From positions 130 to 64,129 of the forward strand of contig JAOZPP010000008.1 of NCBI GenBank assembly GCA_029932675.1: a stretch of 64,000 nt of DNA, read 5' to 3'. Numbering within the stretch: position 1 is the stretch's first letter; every line of letters starts with the position of its first letter. The translations under genes and the position numbers were made by a program. Origin of the DNA: a bacterium (GTDB lineage: Bacteria; SM23-81; DAOVCL01). The notes below the pieces were generated by a model that was not told where the DNA came from, made no database searches, and was given only the letters and a program-made list of their open reading frames with translations. Of this stretch, positions 22,956 to 32,092 are shown piece after piece.

Positions 22956-23211
22956 TAAATCCAGACCTTACCAGTTCGCTGAGGGCAGCAACTGCCTCCT
23001 TCTCATCGGGGCCCTCAGCCCTAATCTTCAATTTGCTCCCCATCCCTGCGGCCAACATCATTACCCCCATTATGCTTTTCGCGTTCACCTCCTCTTCATC
23101 CTTAGCTAATTTTACCTCGCTTTCGAACTTGGAGGCTACCTGGACGATGAGCGCGGCAGGTCGCACATGGATCCCCAACCTATTTGGGATGGTAACAGTT
23201 ACCTCCTCCAC
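22945..23211 (-). CDS. ptsH: Phosphocarrier HPr
   Basis: GIHVRPA (His15), NAKSIMG (Ser46). Confidence 0.93.
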   Translation of the reverse strand: MEEVTVTIPNRLGIHVRPAALIVQVASKFESEVKLAKDEEEVNAKSIMGVMMLAAGMGSKLKIRAEGPDEKEAVAALSELVRSGFNEE

Positions 23212-24290
23212 TAAGCCCTCACGAATTGTTTTCCAGAGAGTTGTCTTACCAAGCCTTTAAGCTCTAAGGAGAGGAGAAGGGAGAGCACCCGCGAGGAAGA
23301 ATATCCAGTTTGGCGAATGATCCTATCCACATGCACTGGCTCTGAGGAGAGTAGTTCAAAGACGGTTGCCTCATCCCCTTCCAACTGTGGGGGGGAGTAA
23401 TCTGAGGGACCGCTAGCCATTCCCAACTCTTCAAGGATGTCTTCAATTCCAGCAACGAGTTTAGCACCTTCCTTGATCAGTTTGTTTGTCCCCTTGCTGG
23501 TGCGCACATTTATATTTCCGGGGATAGCAAATACCTCCCTCCCCTGATCAAGGGCACATTGGGCGGTGATGAGGGCCCCGCTTCGCTCACTGGCTTCCAC
23601 CACGATGACCCCCAAACTGAGGCCGCTGATCAATCTGTTCCTCTGCGGGAAGTTTCCTGGTTCAGGAGGGGTGCCCAGGGGGAACTCAGAGATAACAGCC
23701 CCCCTGGCCATTATCTGCTCCATCAGCCCTTTGTTCTCCGGGGGGTAGATGACATCAACCCCACATCCCAAGACGGCAAGGGTCCTTCCCCCCGCCTTGA
23801 GTGCCCCTTGGTGGGCTGCTGAATCGATTCCCCGGGCTAGGCCGCTGACGATAGTTATCCCCCGTTTGGCTAGCTGGAAGGCTAACCTCTCCGTGACCAA
23901 CCTTCCATAGACAGTAGCTAACCTTGAACCCACTATGGCCAGAGCAGAACTATCCTCCTTGGTAAGCTCCCCTCTGAGGAAGAGCAGTGGGGGAGGATCA
24001 AAGATCTGACGCAAAAGGGAGGGATAATCTTCAGAGGAGATGGTCAAAAGGTGCACCCCCTTTGCTTCCATCTTGGCGACCTGCTCCTGGGCCCACCTTC
24101 GGTTACCCCCTTGCCGGATGGATGAGATCACCCTTCTATCCATATCCGGAATTGCAGAGAGCTCGGCGGGGGTAGCGGAGAAGACCCTTTGGGGTGAGCC
24201 AAACCTGTGGATAAGGGTGGAAAACCTCTTCGGCCCGATCCCGGGGACTGAAGCTAAAAGGAGCCAGTCTTCAATCTCTTCTCTCTTCAT
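23211..24290 (-). CDS. dprA: DNA-processing protein DprA
   Basis: AIVGSR, SGLARGID, FPQRNRLISG. Confidence 0.95.
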   Translation of the reverse strand: MKREEIEDWLLLASVPGIGPKRFSTLIHRFGSPQRVFSATPAELSAIPDMDRRVISSIRQGGNRRWAQEQVAKMEAKGVHLLTISSEDYPSLLRQIFDPPPLLFLRGELTKEDSSALAIVGSRLATVYGRLVTERLAFQLAKRGITIVSGLARGIDSAAHQGALKAGGRTLAVLGCGVDVIYPPENKGLMEQIMARGAVISEFPLGTPPEPGNFPQRNRLISGLSLGVIVVEASERSGALITAQCALDQGREVFAIPGNINVRTSKGTNKLIKEGAKLVAGIEDILEELGMASGPSDYSPPQLEGDEATVFELLSSEPVHVDRIIRQTGYSSSRVLSLLLSLELKGLVRQLSGKQFVRA

Positions 24291-24876
24291 CCTTAGGGGT
24301 GGCCTTCTTGACCGCTTTACGGAATGATTTAAGTACTTTATCCGCTTCTGGCCCCCTATTTCCGGAGAGGGCCCCCTTTACCCTCTCTCCCAATTGGGGA
24401 TCGAGCCGGGAGGCCAACTCTGCCATCCGATTAGCCCCCTCGGGCTCCATTCCTTGAAGCACCTTGGCAAGTTTATCAGAGGAGAAGAGCTTGGTGAGGG
24501 CTGAGGCCGCTGCCTGTCTTACCCCCACATTCTCGTCTCTCAACCGCTCAGAAAGTGGTTCTAAGGCCCTCAAATCCCCGATCTTGCCTAAGGCTAAAGC
24601 GGCACATTCCCTGACATACCAGAGGCCTTTCTCCAAGGCCTCGATAAGGGCGGGAACAGCCCCCTTTCCCAGCCGGGAGAGGGCATCTACGGCCTTAAGC
24701 CGGGTAACATAATCCTCTTTTTCCAGAACGGAGATGAGTTTAGATATAGCTCTCCTCCCTCCCATCATCCCCAGGGCTTCTATACCCCTTTCCTTCTCCT
24801 TTCTATCCCCCTGGAGGAGCTCAAGCACTTGGGCGTAGGTCAGCTTCTCTGTGGCCTCGTCAATCGTAAACTTCAA
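24271..24876 (-). CDS. HEAT repeat protein
   Basis: Repeated VR..AA.ALG.IG helical units. Confidence 0.75.
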   Translation of the reverse strand: MKFTIDEATEKLTYAQVLELLQGDRKEKERGIEALGMMGGRRAISKLISVLEKEDYVTRLKAVDALSRLGKGAVPALIEALEKGLWYVRECAALALGKIGDLRALEPLSERLRDENVGVRQAAASALTKLFSSDKLAKVLQGMEPEGANRMAELASRLDPQLGERVKGALSGNRGPEADKVLKSFRKAVKKATPKDEERRD

Positions 24877-25846
24877 TTTCCTCTCCTCTTTTAAGCATTC
24901 TTCCCAATCTCCTTAGGAAATCATTAATACCTTCACCGGTTAGGGCAGAAAGGCAAGAGAAAGAAGGGGGGAAATGGCTCCGATCCCTCACTAAGTCTAT
25001 CTTATTTACCGCTACCAAGGAGGGCTTATCGGGGAGCGCCTGGTTGAAGAGCTTCAGCTCCTGGCGCAAGGAGTCTAGTTCCTTTAAGGGGTCCTCTGAT
25101 TGGGCATCCAACAGAAAGACTAAAACCTTTGTTCTTTCTATATGCTTGAGGAACTGGGCTCCCAACCCCTTCCCCTTGTGTGCGCCTTCCACCAGCCCCG
25201 GTATATCGGCCATAACGAAGCTCCGATATTGGTTTAGCCTCACCAGCCCCAGGTGGGGGCGGAGGGTGGTGAAGGGGTAGTTACCGACCCTCGGCCTGGC
25301 CGCCGAGAGCCGGCGGAGGAGGGTTGACTTCCCCACATTGGGCCTTCCCACCAGGCCGACATCAGCAAGGAGCTTCAGTTCCAAGATTAGTTCCCTTTTC
25401 TCTCCCTTTTCTCCCTTTTCGGCCCATCTTGGCGCCTTTTGAATCGGGGTGGCGAACCTGGCGTTTCCTCTGCCTCCCCTTCCTCCCCGGGCCACCAGTA
25501 CCGGATTAGAGCCGGGGGCAAGATCAGCGATGATCTCATTGGTTTGAGCATCCTTAACCACTGTTCCTGGAGGAACCTTTAAGAGCACATCCCGTCCCCC
25601 TCTGCCGCTCATCCTCTTTCCCTTACCATTGCCTCCATTTCCAGCTCGCACCCTCCTCAGGTGTTTGAAATCCAAGAGGGTACCAATCCTCATATCTACC
25701 ACCATAAAGACATCCCCTCCCTTTCCTCCGTCACCACCATCTGGTCCCCCTTTTGGTACATGCTTTTCTCGGCGAAAGCTCACACATCCATCCCCTCCAT
25801 TGCCTCCCTCCACCCAGATGCGCGCCCAATCGGCGAACCCATTCAT
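24860..25846 (-). CDS. obgE: GTPase ObgE
   Basis: Gly-rich Obg fold, GRPNVGKST, YPFTT, DIPG, NKID. Confidence 0.95.
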   Translation of the reverse strand: MNGFADWARIWVEGGNGGDGCVSFRREKHVPKGGPDGGDGGKGGDVFMVVDMRIGTLLDFKHLRRVRAGNGGNGKGKRMSGRGGRDVLLKVPPGTVVKDAQTNEIIADLAPGSNPVLVARGGRGGRGNARFATPIQKAPRWAEKGEKGEKRELILELKLLADVGLVGRPNVGKSTLLRRLSAARPRVGNYPFTTLRPHLGLVRLNQYRSFVMADIPGLVEGAHKGKGLGAQFLKHIERTKVLVFLLDAQSEDPLKELDSLRQELKLFNQALPDKPSLVAVNKIDLVRDRSHFPPSFSCLSALTGEGINDFLRRLGRMLKRGEEIEVYD

Positions 25847-26625
25847 TTAGTGGTGAAGAGGGAAAGAAGATCTGCCTTTAGGGTGGGGCCATCAAGGTCT
25901 CTCTTTAACCTCCCTCCCACCACCAAGGATATGGCCCCTGTCTCCTCGGAGACAACAACCACCACCGCATCTGACTGCTCAGTGAGCCCTACCGCGGCGC
26001 GGTGCCTCATCCCATAGAGCCTTTCATACCTGATGCTTTGGGTCAAGGGAAGGGCACAACCGGCGGCCAGGATCTCCCCCCTTCTGATGAGCACTGCCCC
26101 ATCATGCAAGGGTCCTGGGGGGGTGAAGATAGTAACCAGCAAGTCCGCCGATACCTTAGCCTCCACCAGCCTCCCTGTCTCTAAGATATCCTTTAGGCCT
26201 ACCTCCCTTTCCAGAACCATTAGCCCTCCCAAGCCCTTTTCGGAGAGCCTCACTGATGCTTTAACAACCTCGTCGAGAGCCTCCGCCTCCCCCGGGACAA
26301 AGAGGCGGCGAAGGGGAGGGTTTTGGCCTAATTTAGCTAGTGCCGATCTCAACTCCGGTTGAAAGAGGATGACAAAGGCTATTACCCCTACCGTGAGGAC
26401 CCTGCTGATCATCCATCTGAGGGCGTCAAGTTGCAGCCAGGCGGCAGCAAACCAGGCGGCCAAAAAGAAGACCGCCCCCAAAAGCATCTGTGCTGCCTTG
26501 GTCCCCTTCATCAAGAGGAGAAGATAATAGAAGATGAGGGCAACAACAACTATATCCACCAGATCGGTGAGCCCTATGGAGAGAAAACCAATCTTAAAGA
26601 GATCCATTTGCCTCTGCAATCGCAT
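25843..26625 (-). CDS. cdaA: Diadenylate cyclase CdaA
   Basis: 3 TM helices, FQPELR, LHDGA, GMRHRAA. Confidence 0.92.
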   Translation of the reverse strand: MRLQRQMDLFKIGFLSIGLTDLVDIVVVALIFYYLLLLMKGTKAAQMLLGAVFFLAAWFAAAWLQLDALRWMISRVLTVGVIAFVILFQPELRSALAKLGQNPPLRRLFVPGEAEALDEVVKASVRLSEKGLGGLMVLEREVGLKDILETGRLVEAKVSADLLVTIFTPPGPLHDGAVLIRRGEILAAGCALPLTQSIRYERLYGMRHRAAVGLTEQSDAVVVVVSEETGAISLVVGGRLKRDLDGPTLKADLLSLFTTK

Positions 26626-27796
26626 AGGCCATTTGGGCCACCCTCCTCATCTGTCTCACATCGTGTACCCGCAGGATTTTTGCCCCCCTGGCCACCCCTA
26701 AAGCCACGGCCGCTGCAGTTCCCTCCAACCTTTCCCCCACGGGAAGGCCGAGGACCTCCCCGATGAAGGACTTGCGCGATGGCCCGATGAGGATGGGATA
26801 ACCCAGCCCCTTAAGCTCATCGAGCCTGCGGAGGATGACCAAGTTATCCTTTGGCCTCTTGCCAAAGCCTATCCCTGGATCAACAACGATCTTGGCTTCG
26901 GCTACCCCCGCCTGGAGGGCAAGCTGGATGCCTTGATCAAGCCAAGAGTATATCTCCCCCATGAGGTCATCATACTGGGGGTTGATCTGCATATCCTTTG
27001 GCCTACCCTTTATATGCATAATCACCAAACCGGCCCCGGTTTCAGCTATCATCCGGGCCATTTTAGGATCAAACCTCAGGCCGCTGATGTCATTTATCAG
27101 ATGGGCGCCAGCCTCTATTGCCCTTTGAGCTACCTCTGACTTATAGGTATCTACCGAGATGATTACCTCCTGGGAGGAGAGGCGTTCTACAACGGGGATG
27201 ACCCGGCGGAGTTCCTCAGAGAGGGGGACAGGATCTGCACCTGGCCTTGTTGACTCCCCCCCGATATCGATGATGTCTGCCCCTTCCTCTATCATTTGGT
27301 GGGCTCTCTCTAAGGCCCTCTCCGGATCGATGTATCTCCCCCCATTTGAGAAGGAGTCCGGCGTTACATTTAAGACCCCCATTATATAGGGCCGAAGGGA
27401 AAGGTCCACGACCCTACCGCAAAAGTTGAGGAGCCACCTTCTTCTCTTCTTCTCTCTCTCGATAAGCCCCTGCAACTGCTGGGCTAAAAGGTTTAGCCCA
27501 AAGGGCTGATCCTTGAGCTTGGTAATCAGTTTATTCAATTGTCGAAGGTTGCCTAAGAGGAGAAGGTCAGAGCTCTTTGCCTCTCCGGTGACCACCCCCT
27601 TAGCCACGGCAGCATCCCCTCCCAAGCTGAGCATCTCCTGTTTGAGTATGTTTGCTGCTGGAAGGCTGACCTTTTCCAACTTGACCACGAGGTGAAGCGC
27701 CTTCTGGGCGAGGGACTCCCAGGCACGGGGGTCAACCCCTATTCTTCTCAGCTCCTCCTTCGCCTGATAATCTGTCTCTATCCCCAACCTTCTCAC
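26594..27796 (-). CDS. folP: Dihydropteroate synthase with N-terminal extension
   Basis: [37 protein letters not shown]. Confidence 0.95.
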   Translation of the reverse strand: MRRLGIETDYQAKEELRRIGVDPRAWESLAQKALHLVVKLEKVSLPAANILKQEMLSLGGDAAVAKGVVTGEAKSSDLLLLGNLRQLNKLITKLKDQPFGLNLLAQQLQGLIEREKKRRRWLLNFCGRVVDLSLRPYIMGVLNVTPDSFSNGGRYIDPERALERAHQMIEEGADIIDIGGESTRPGADPVPLSEELRRVIPVVERLSSQEVIISVDTYKSEVAQRAIEAGAHLINDISGLRFDPKMARMIAETGAGLVIMHIKGRPKDMQINPQYDDLMGEIYSWLDQGIQLALQAGVAEAKIVVDPGIGFGKRPKDNLVILRRLDELKGLGYPILIGPSRKSFIGEVLGLPVGERLEGTAAAVALGVARGAKILRVHDVRQMRRVAQMAYAIAEANGSL

Positions 27797-29675
27797 CCTT
27801 AGCCCCCTTTATTATCTCATCCAACCGGTGGCCATCTATTATCTCCCTCTCCAGCAGCTCCCCAGCCACCCTGTGGAGCAGGTTGATATTCTCCTCGAGG
27901 AGCTTTTTTGCCCTCTTCTGCGCCCTCTCCACAGTCTCCTTTACTTCGGCATCGATTAACCTTGCCGTTGCCTCGCTGTAGTCCCTTCTCTGGCTTATCT
28001 CCCGGCCAAGGAATATCTCCTCTCTCTTCCCCCCAAAGGTTAAAGGGCCCAGCTTTTCGCTCATCCCCCACTCACAGACCATCTTCCGGGCCAATTCGGT
28101 GGCCTTTTCGATGTCGTTGCCCGCTCCAGTGGTTAGCTCCCCAAAGATGAGCTTTTCTGCTTCCCTTCCCCCTAAGAGGTGGACGAGTTTGGTCTCCAAA
28201 TACTTTTTGGAATAGTTGTGCTTCTCATCTAAGGGGAGGTAATGGGTGACCCCCAAGGCCATCCCCCGCGGAATTATGGTTACCTTGTGAACAGGATCAG
28301 ACCCAGGGATGAGCTTGGCTACTAAGGCATGGCCTGCCTCGTGGTAGGCGATGTTCTTCTTCTCCTCCTCGCTGATTACCATGCTCTTCCTCTCGGTGCC
28401 CATCATCACCTTGTCCTTTGCTGCCTCGAAGTCGCTCATATTCACCCTTTTATGGTTCCGACGAGCAGCTAAGAGCGCGGCCTCGTTCACTATATTGGCC
28501 AGATCTGCCCCAGATAACCCAGGAGTCCCCCGGGCAAGCACGGAGAGGTTGACATCCTTGCCCAAAGGTATATTTCGGGTATGGACCTTAAGGATTCCTT
28601 CCCTTCCCCGCACATCGGGCCTGTCCACAACTATCTGGCGGTCAAACCTCCCTGGTCGCAGGAGGGCTGGATCAAGGACATCGGGTCTGTTTGTGGCTGC
28701 CAGAAGGATAACCCCTTCGTTGGCCTCAAAGCCATCCATCTCCACCAAGAGTTGATTGAGGGTCTGTTCTCTTTCATCATGTCCCCCACCTAAGCCTGCT
28801 CCCCGATGTCTCCCCACCGCATCTATCTCATCAATGAAGATGATGCAAGGGGCATTTCTCTTTCCCTGATCGAAGAGGTCCCTCACCCTTGATGCTCCCA
28901 CCCCAACGAACATCTCCACAAAGTCTGAACCGCTCATACTGAAGAAAGGGACACCGGCCTCTCCGGCCACAGCCCGGGCCAGGAGGGTCTTCCCAGTTCC
29001 TGGAGGACCCAGGAGGAGGACCCCCTTGGGGATCTTTCCCCCCAGCCTCTGGAATTTCTTCGGATTCTTCAGGAATTCAATTACCTCCTCTAACTCCTCC
29101 TTGGCCTCATCTGCCCCAGCTACGTCACTAAAGGTTACCTTGGGTTTATTCTCCACAAGGAGCTTTGCCCTCGATTTACCAAAGGAGAAGACCCCCCGTT
29201 GGCTGCCCTGCATCTGTTTAATAAAGAAGATCCAAAGCAGGGCGAAGAAGAGGAAAGGGGCCATCTGAATTAGGATGGAGAGAATAGGGGTTCGCCTTGG
29301 TTTGGCATCGACCTCTACTCCTTTCTCCTCCAGCCTCCCCAGTAACTGAGGGTCCTTGAGGGGGATGTGCACATAAAAGCGGGAGAACTCTTCTTCCCTC
29401 CCCTTTACCACTCTGGTTGCCGGAGCGGTGAGCTCCCCGTGGATGTCGCTCTCCACAATGGTCACCTTCTTCACCTGAGAACCCTTGACCAGATCCATGA
29501 ATTGGGTGTAGGTGATGGAAACCTCCTCCCCGCGGGAAGGGGTGAGAATCCGATAAGCCCAGAGGAAGGCTAAGGTCAAAAGAGTCCAGATAAGGAGGGT
29601 CTTCCAGGTCTTCCCCTTCTGGGGCGATGAGATAGGTCTTTTTGTTCCCCGGGGAGGGGATGGTTTGTCCTTCAT
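27732..29675 (-). CDS. ftsH: ATP-dependent zinc metalloprotease FtsH
   Basis: [19 protein letters not shown]. Confidence 0.97.
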   Translation of the reverse strand: MKDKPSPPRGTKRPISSPQKGKTWKTLLIWTLLTLAFLWAYRILTPSRGEEVSITYTQFMDLVKGSQVKKVTIVESDIHGELTAPATRVVKGREEEFSRFYVHIPLKDPQLLGRLEEKGVEVDAKPRRTPILSILIQMAPFLFFALLWIFFIKQMQGSQRGVFSFGKSRAKLLVENKPKVTFSDVAGADEAKEELEEVIEFLKNPKKFQRLGGKIPKGVLLLGPPGTGKTLLARAVAGEAGVPFFSMSGSDFVEMFVGVGASRVRDLFDQGKRNAPCIIFIDEIDAVGRHRGAGLGGGHDEREQTLNQLLVEMDGFEANEGVILLAATNRPDVLDPALLRPGRFDRQIVVDRPDVRGREGILKVHTRNIPLGKDVNLSVLARGTPGLSGADLANIVNEAALLAARRNHKRVNMSDFEAAKDKVMMGTERKSMVISEEEKKNIAYHEAGHALVAKLIPGSDPVHKVTIIPRGMALGVTHYLPLDEKHNYSKKYLETKLVHLLGGREAEKLIFGELTTGAGNDIEKATELARKMVCEWGMSEKLGPLTFGGKREEIFLGREISQRRDYSEATARLIDAEVKETVERAQKRAKKLLEENINLLHRVAGELLEREIIDGHRLDEIIKGAKGEKVGDRDRLSGEGGAEKNRG

Positions 29676-29790
29676 AGTTTAAACCTCATTTCCACCGATT
29701 TACAGGATCAGCAATCAGTCGTTATAAGGATATGCGGCCCGAGCTGCAGGGATAGACATCTGTGGCTCTCCGCTTTCCTGCCATTGGGGA

Positions 29791-30321
29791 TTATATCTCC
29801 CTCTTATCTTCCAAGGCCCCGATGTAGGGGAGGTTACGATATCTCTCCTGGTAGTCGAGGCCATAGCCGACCACAAATCTGTCCGGGATCACGAAACCCA
29901 CGTAGTCAACCGGGACATCGACCACCCTCCTCTCCCTTTTGTCCAATAAGGTAACTATGCGCAGAGACGATGGATTTCTGGTGAGGAGATTGTTTCTGAT
30001 ATACCGCCAAGTCAAACCCGTATCTACGATGTCCTCCACCACCAAAACATCCCGCCCCTCTATATTTGTCCCTAAGTCTTGGAGCAACCTGACCACTCCG
30101 CTGGAATGGGTAGATGATCCATAGCTGGAGACGGAGATGAAGTCAATCTGGTGAGGAAGATGGATGGCCCTGGTCAGATCGGCGAGGAAGAGGAAGCTTC
30201 CCTTGAGGATGGAGACAAGTATGGGATTAAGTCCCTGATAATCCAAGGAGATCTCTCTCCCTAGTTCCCTCACCCGTGCTTTTATCTTCGAGCCCGGGAT
30301 CAATAATTGGATTTTTTCCAT
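29791..30321 (-). CDS. hpt: Hypoxanthine phosphoribosyltransferase
   Basis: VEDIVDTGLT, FVVGYGLD. Confidence 0.95.
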   Translation of the reverse strand: MEKIQLLIPGSKIKARVRELGREISLDYQGLNPILVSILKGSFLFLADLTRAIHLPHQIDFISVSSYGSSTHSSGVVRLLQDLGTNIEGRDVLVVEDIVDTGLTWRYIRNNLLTRNPSSLRIVTLLDKRERRVVDVPVDYVGFVIPDRFVVGYGLDYQERYRNLPYIGALEDKREI

Positions 30322-31670
30322 TTGGCTACAGCCTTTAAGGCTACCTTTGTTTCCTCCCTCACTTTAAATTGTTCGGCAATCCGATAGCCAATTACCCAGA
30401 CGATCCCCTTTGGGCAGGTCAAAAGTGGAATTAGCCCGCGCGCTGGCCTGGGGATATGCAGGTCTACAAAGAGATCTTGTAGCTTCTTTCTCCCCTCCAT
30501 TCCGAGGAGCTGCATTCTATCCCCTCTTTCCCATCCCCGCAGCTTAAATGGTCCCTCAAGCCTTTCCCAGTCGAAATAAGCCACCATCCTACCCCCTTTC
30601 TGGATGAGGTCCAGAGGGGGAGGGGAGATGAGCTCAGTGCTTAAGGATAAGCCATCTTCGGTCTCTGCCCTCCCAGGGATTTCTACCCTCGTGGGCACTC
30701 GCCGGAGGGCCGCACGGAGAAAGAAGAGTTTACCCTCCTTTCCCTCTGCCTCAATCCCTCCGGGAAGGGAGGTCCTCCCCCTCAGGGGAGAGCTGGCCAA
30801 CCTCTGCAGGTGTGAGTAGGGGAGTTCCTTTTCTCCTAACTCCCGAAAGGCTTCCTTGAGCACTGCTTGCCTGATGACCTTATCATAAGCAAAAAGTTGA
30901 TCCAAATCAAGGATTATTTCCCCACCCGTTTGGCGATGGGCAATCTGGTGGAGGACCTTCCTGGCTAAGCCAGTGAGGAATTCCCCCTGTTCCCAAAGGA
31001 TCATCCCCGATCTGGCCAAGGCCTCGGTTATCTTGGGATTATAAGCACTTAGTTGGGGAAGGAGCCGCCACCTGATGCGGTTTCTTAAATAGCAGAGATC
31101 CCGATTGGAGCTGTCCTCACGGAAGGAGAGCCCCCTTCGTTGGAGCCAATCCCTAAGCTCTCCTCTCCTCACCTCTATCAGGGGACGGATGATCTCCCCC
31201 CAAACCGGCCTAATTCCTTCCAAGCCGGTAGGCCCAGATCCCCGCAAAAGCCTCATTAAAACCGTCTCTGCTTGATCATCCTGAGTATGGCCGGTAGCGA
31301 TCTTCTGAGCCCCCAGGTCTGCAGCAACTTCCCGGAGGAACCTGTATCTAAGGACCCTTGCCCCTTCCTCCAAACTTAGGCCTTTCTCCTTGCAGAAGCT
31401 CCTCACCTCCTCTTGGCCGATCCGGCAGGGAATATGCAGGCCCTGGCAGAGTTTCTCCACCCACCTGGCGTCCTCCTCGGCTTCCTCCCCTCTTAGCCGG
31501 TGGTTGAGGTGCGCGGCAGCCAACTTTAACTGGTATTCATCCCTGATCTCTAAGAGGATATTGAGCAGGGCTACGGAATCTGAGCCTCCGGAAAGGGCCA
31601 CCAGGATCCGATCCCCATAGCTTAACATCCCATATTTAGCAATGGTTTCCTTTACCTTCTCTACAAGCAT
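30300..31670 (-). CDS. tilS: tRNA(Ile) lysidine synthetase
   Basis: ALSGGSDS, GHTQDDQAET, RPL, RNRIR; start at MLVEK; TTGACA-17-TATATT at 31709-31681 implies an almost leaderless mRNA. Confidence 0.93.
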   Translation of the reverse strand: MLVEKVKETIAKYGMLSYGDRILVALSGGSDSVALLNILLEIRDEYQLKLAAAHLNHRLRGEEAEEDARWVEKLCQGLHIPCRIGQEEVRSFCKEKGLSLEEGARVLRYRFLREVAADLGAQKIATGHTQDDQAETVLMRLLRGSGPTGLEGIRPVWGEIIRPLIEVRRGELRDWLQRRGLSFREDSSNRDLCYLRNRIRWRLLPQLSAYNPKITEALARSGMILWEQGEFLTGLARKVLHQIAHRQTGGEIILDLDQLFAYDKVIRQAVLKEAFRELGEKELPYSHLQRLASSPLRGRTSLPGGIEAEGKEGKLFFLRAALRRVPTRVEIPGRAETEDGLSLSTELISPPPLDLIQKGGRMVAYFDWERLEGPFKLRGWERGDRMQLLGMEGRKKLQDLFVDLHIPRPARGLIPLLTCPKGIVWVIGYRIAEQFKVREETKVALKAVAKWKKSNY

Positions 31671-31711
31671 AACCACATAAAATATAAACCTTTTTTGTCT
31701 TTTTGTCAAAT

Positions 31712-31738
31712 AAAAAAGGGCGACAAAGATGTCGCCCT
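31712..31738 (-). terminator. Intrinsic terminator after tRNA
   Basis: agggcgaca-tctt-tgtcgccct followed by a U tract on minus strand. Confidence 0.8.
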
Positions 31739-31739
31739 A

Positions 31740-31813
31740 TAGCGGTGCAGGGATTCGAACCCCGGACCCACGGATTATGATTCCGCTGCTCTAACCAACT
31801 GAGCTACACCGCC
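31740..31813 (-). tRNA. tRNA-Met(CAT), elongator type; CCA not encoded
   Basis: GGCGGTG acceptor, TAGCTCAG, anticodon arm GCGGA-ATCATAA-TCCGT, GGTTCGAATC; promoter TTGACA-17-TAAATT just upstream. Confidence 0.92.
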
Positions 31814-32047
31814 ACTTCCTTAAATTTAATCTTGAATCACCCACTTGTCAACAATTTTTTGAGGACGCAGGTAACCCCATTTGGAAACTGCCTGGCTATT
31901 CCGGCCCAGCTCTTTACCGCTGGTTCCACCGGAGGTAACGGAATGCCCTCTTCGGCGGAGAGTCTCGTATGCTACTCTTTTACCCGGCTTCAGCCGGGCC
32001 CTTTGGGTTTCAACCCTGTGCGGGCAGCTACTCCGGTAGCAAAGAAG

Positions 32048-32082
32048 TTATGAGGAGGGCCTCAGGTGGGCCCTCCTCATAA
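32048..32082. terminator. Strong hairpin ending the secreted-protease operon
   Basis: ttatgaggagggcc...ggccctcctcataa; no clear U tract. Confidence 0.55.
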
Positions 32083-32092
32083 GGCTATGGCC

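Noticed and set aside
31740-31813. tRNA-Ile2(CAT) suggested by adjacency to tilS
   Set aside because: Acceptor stem has G2-C71, C3-G70, G4-C69 as in elongator Met and lacks the C4-G69 typical of Ile tRNAs; a terminator separates it from tilS
31861-32045. Lysine or c-di-GMP riboswitch on the minus strand
   Set aside because: Short motifs (aagagta, gccgaa, gaata, gcacaggg) occur, but order and spacing do not fit and the downstream gene is a tRNA with its own promoter
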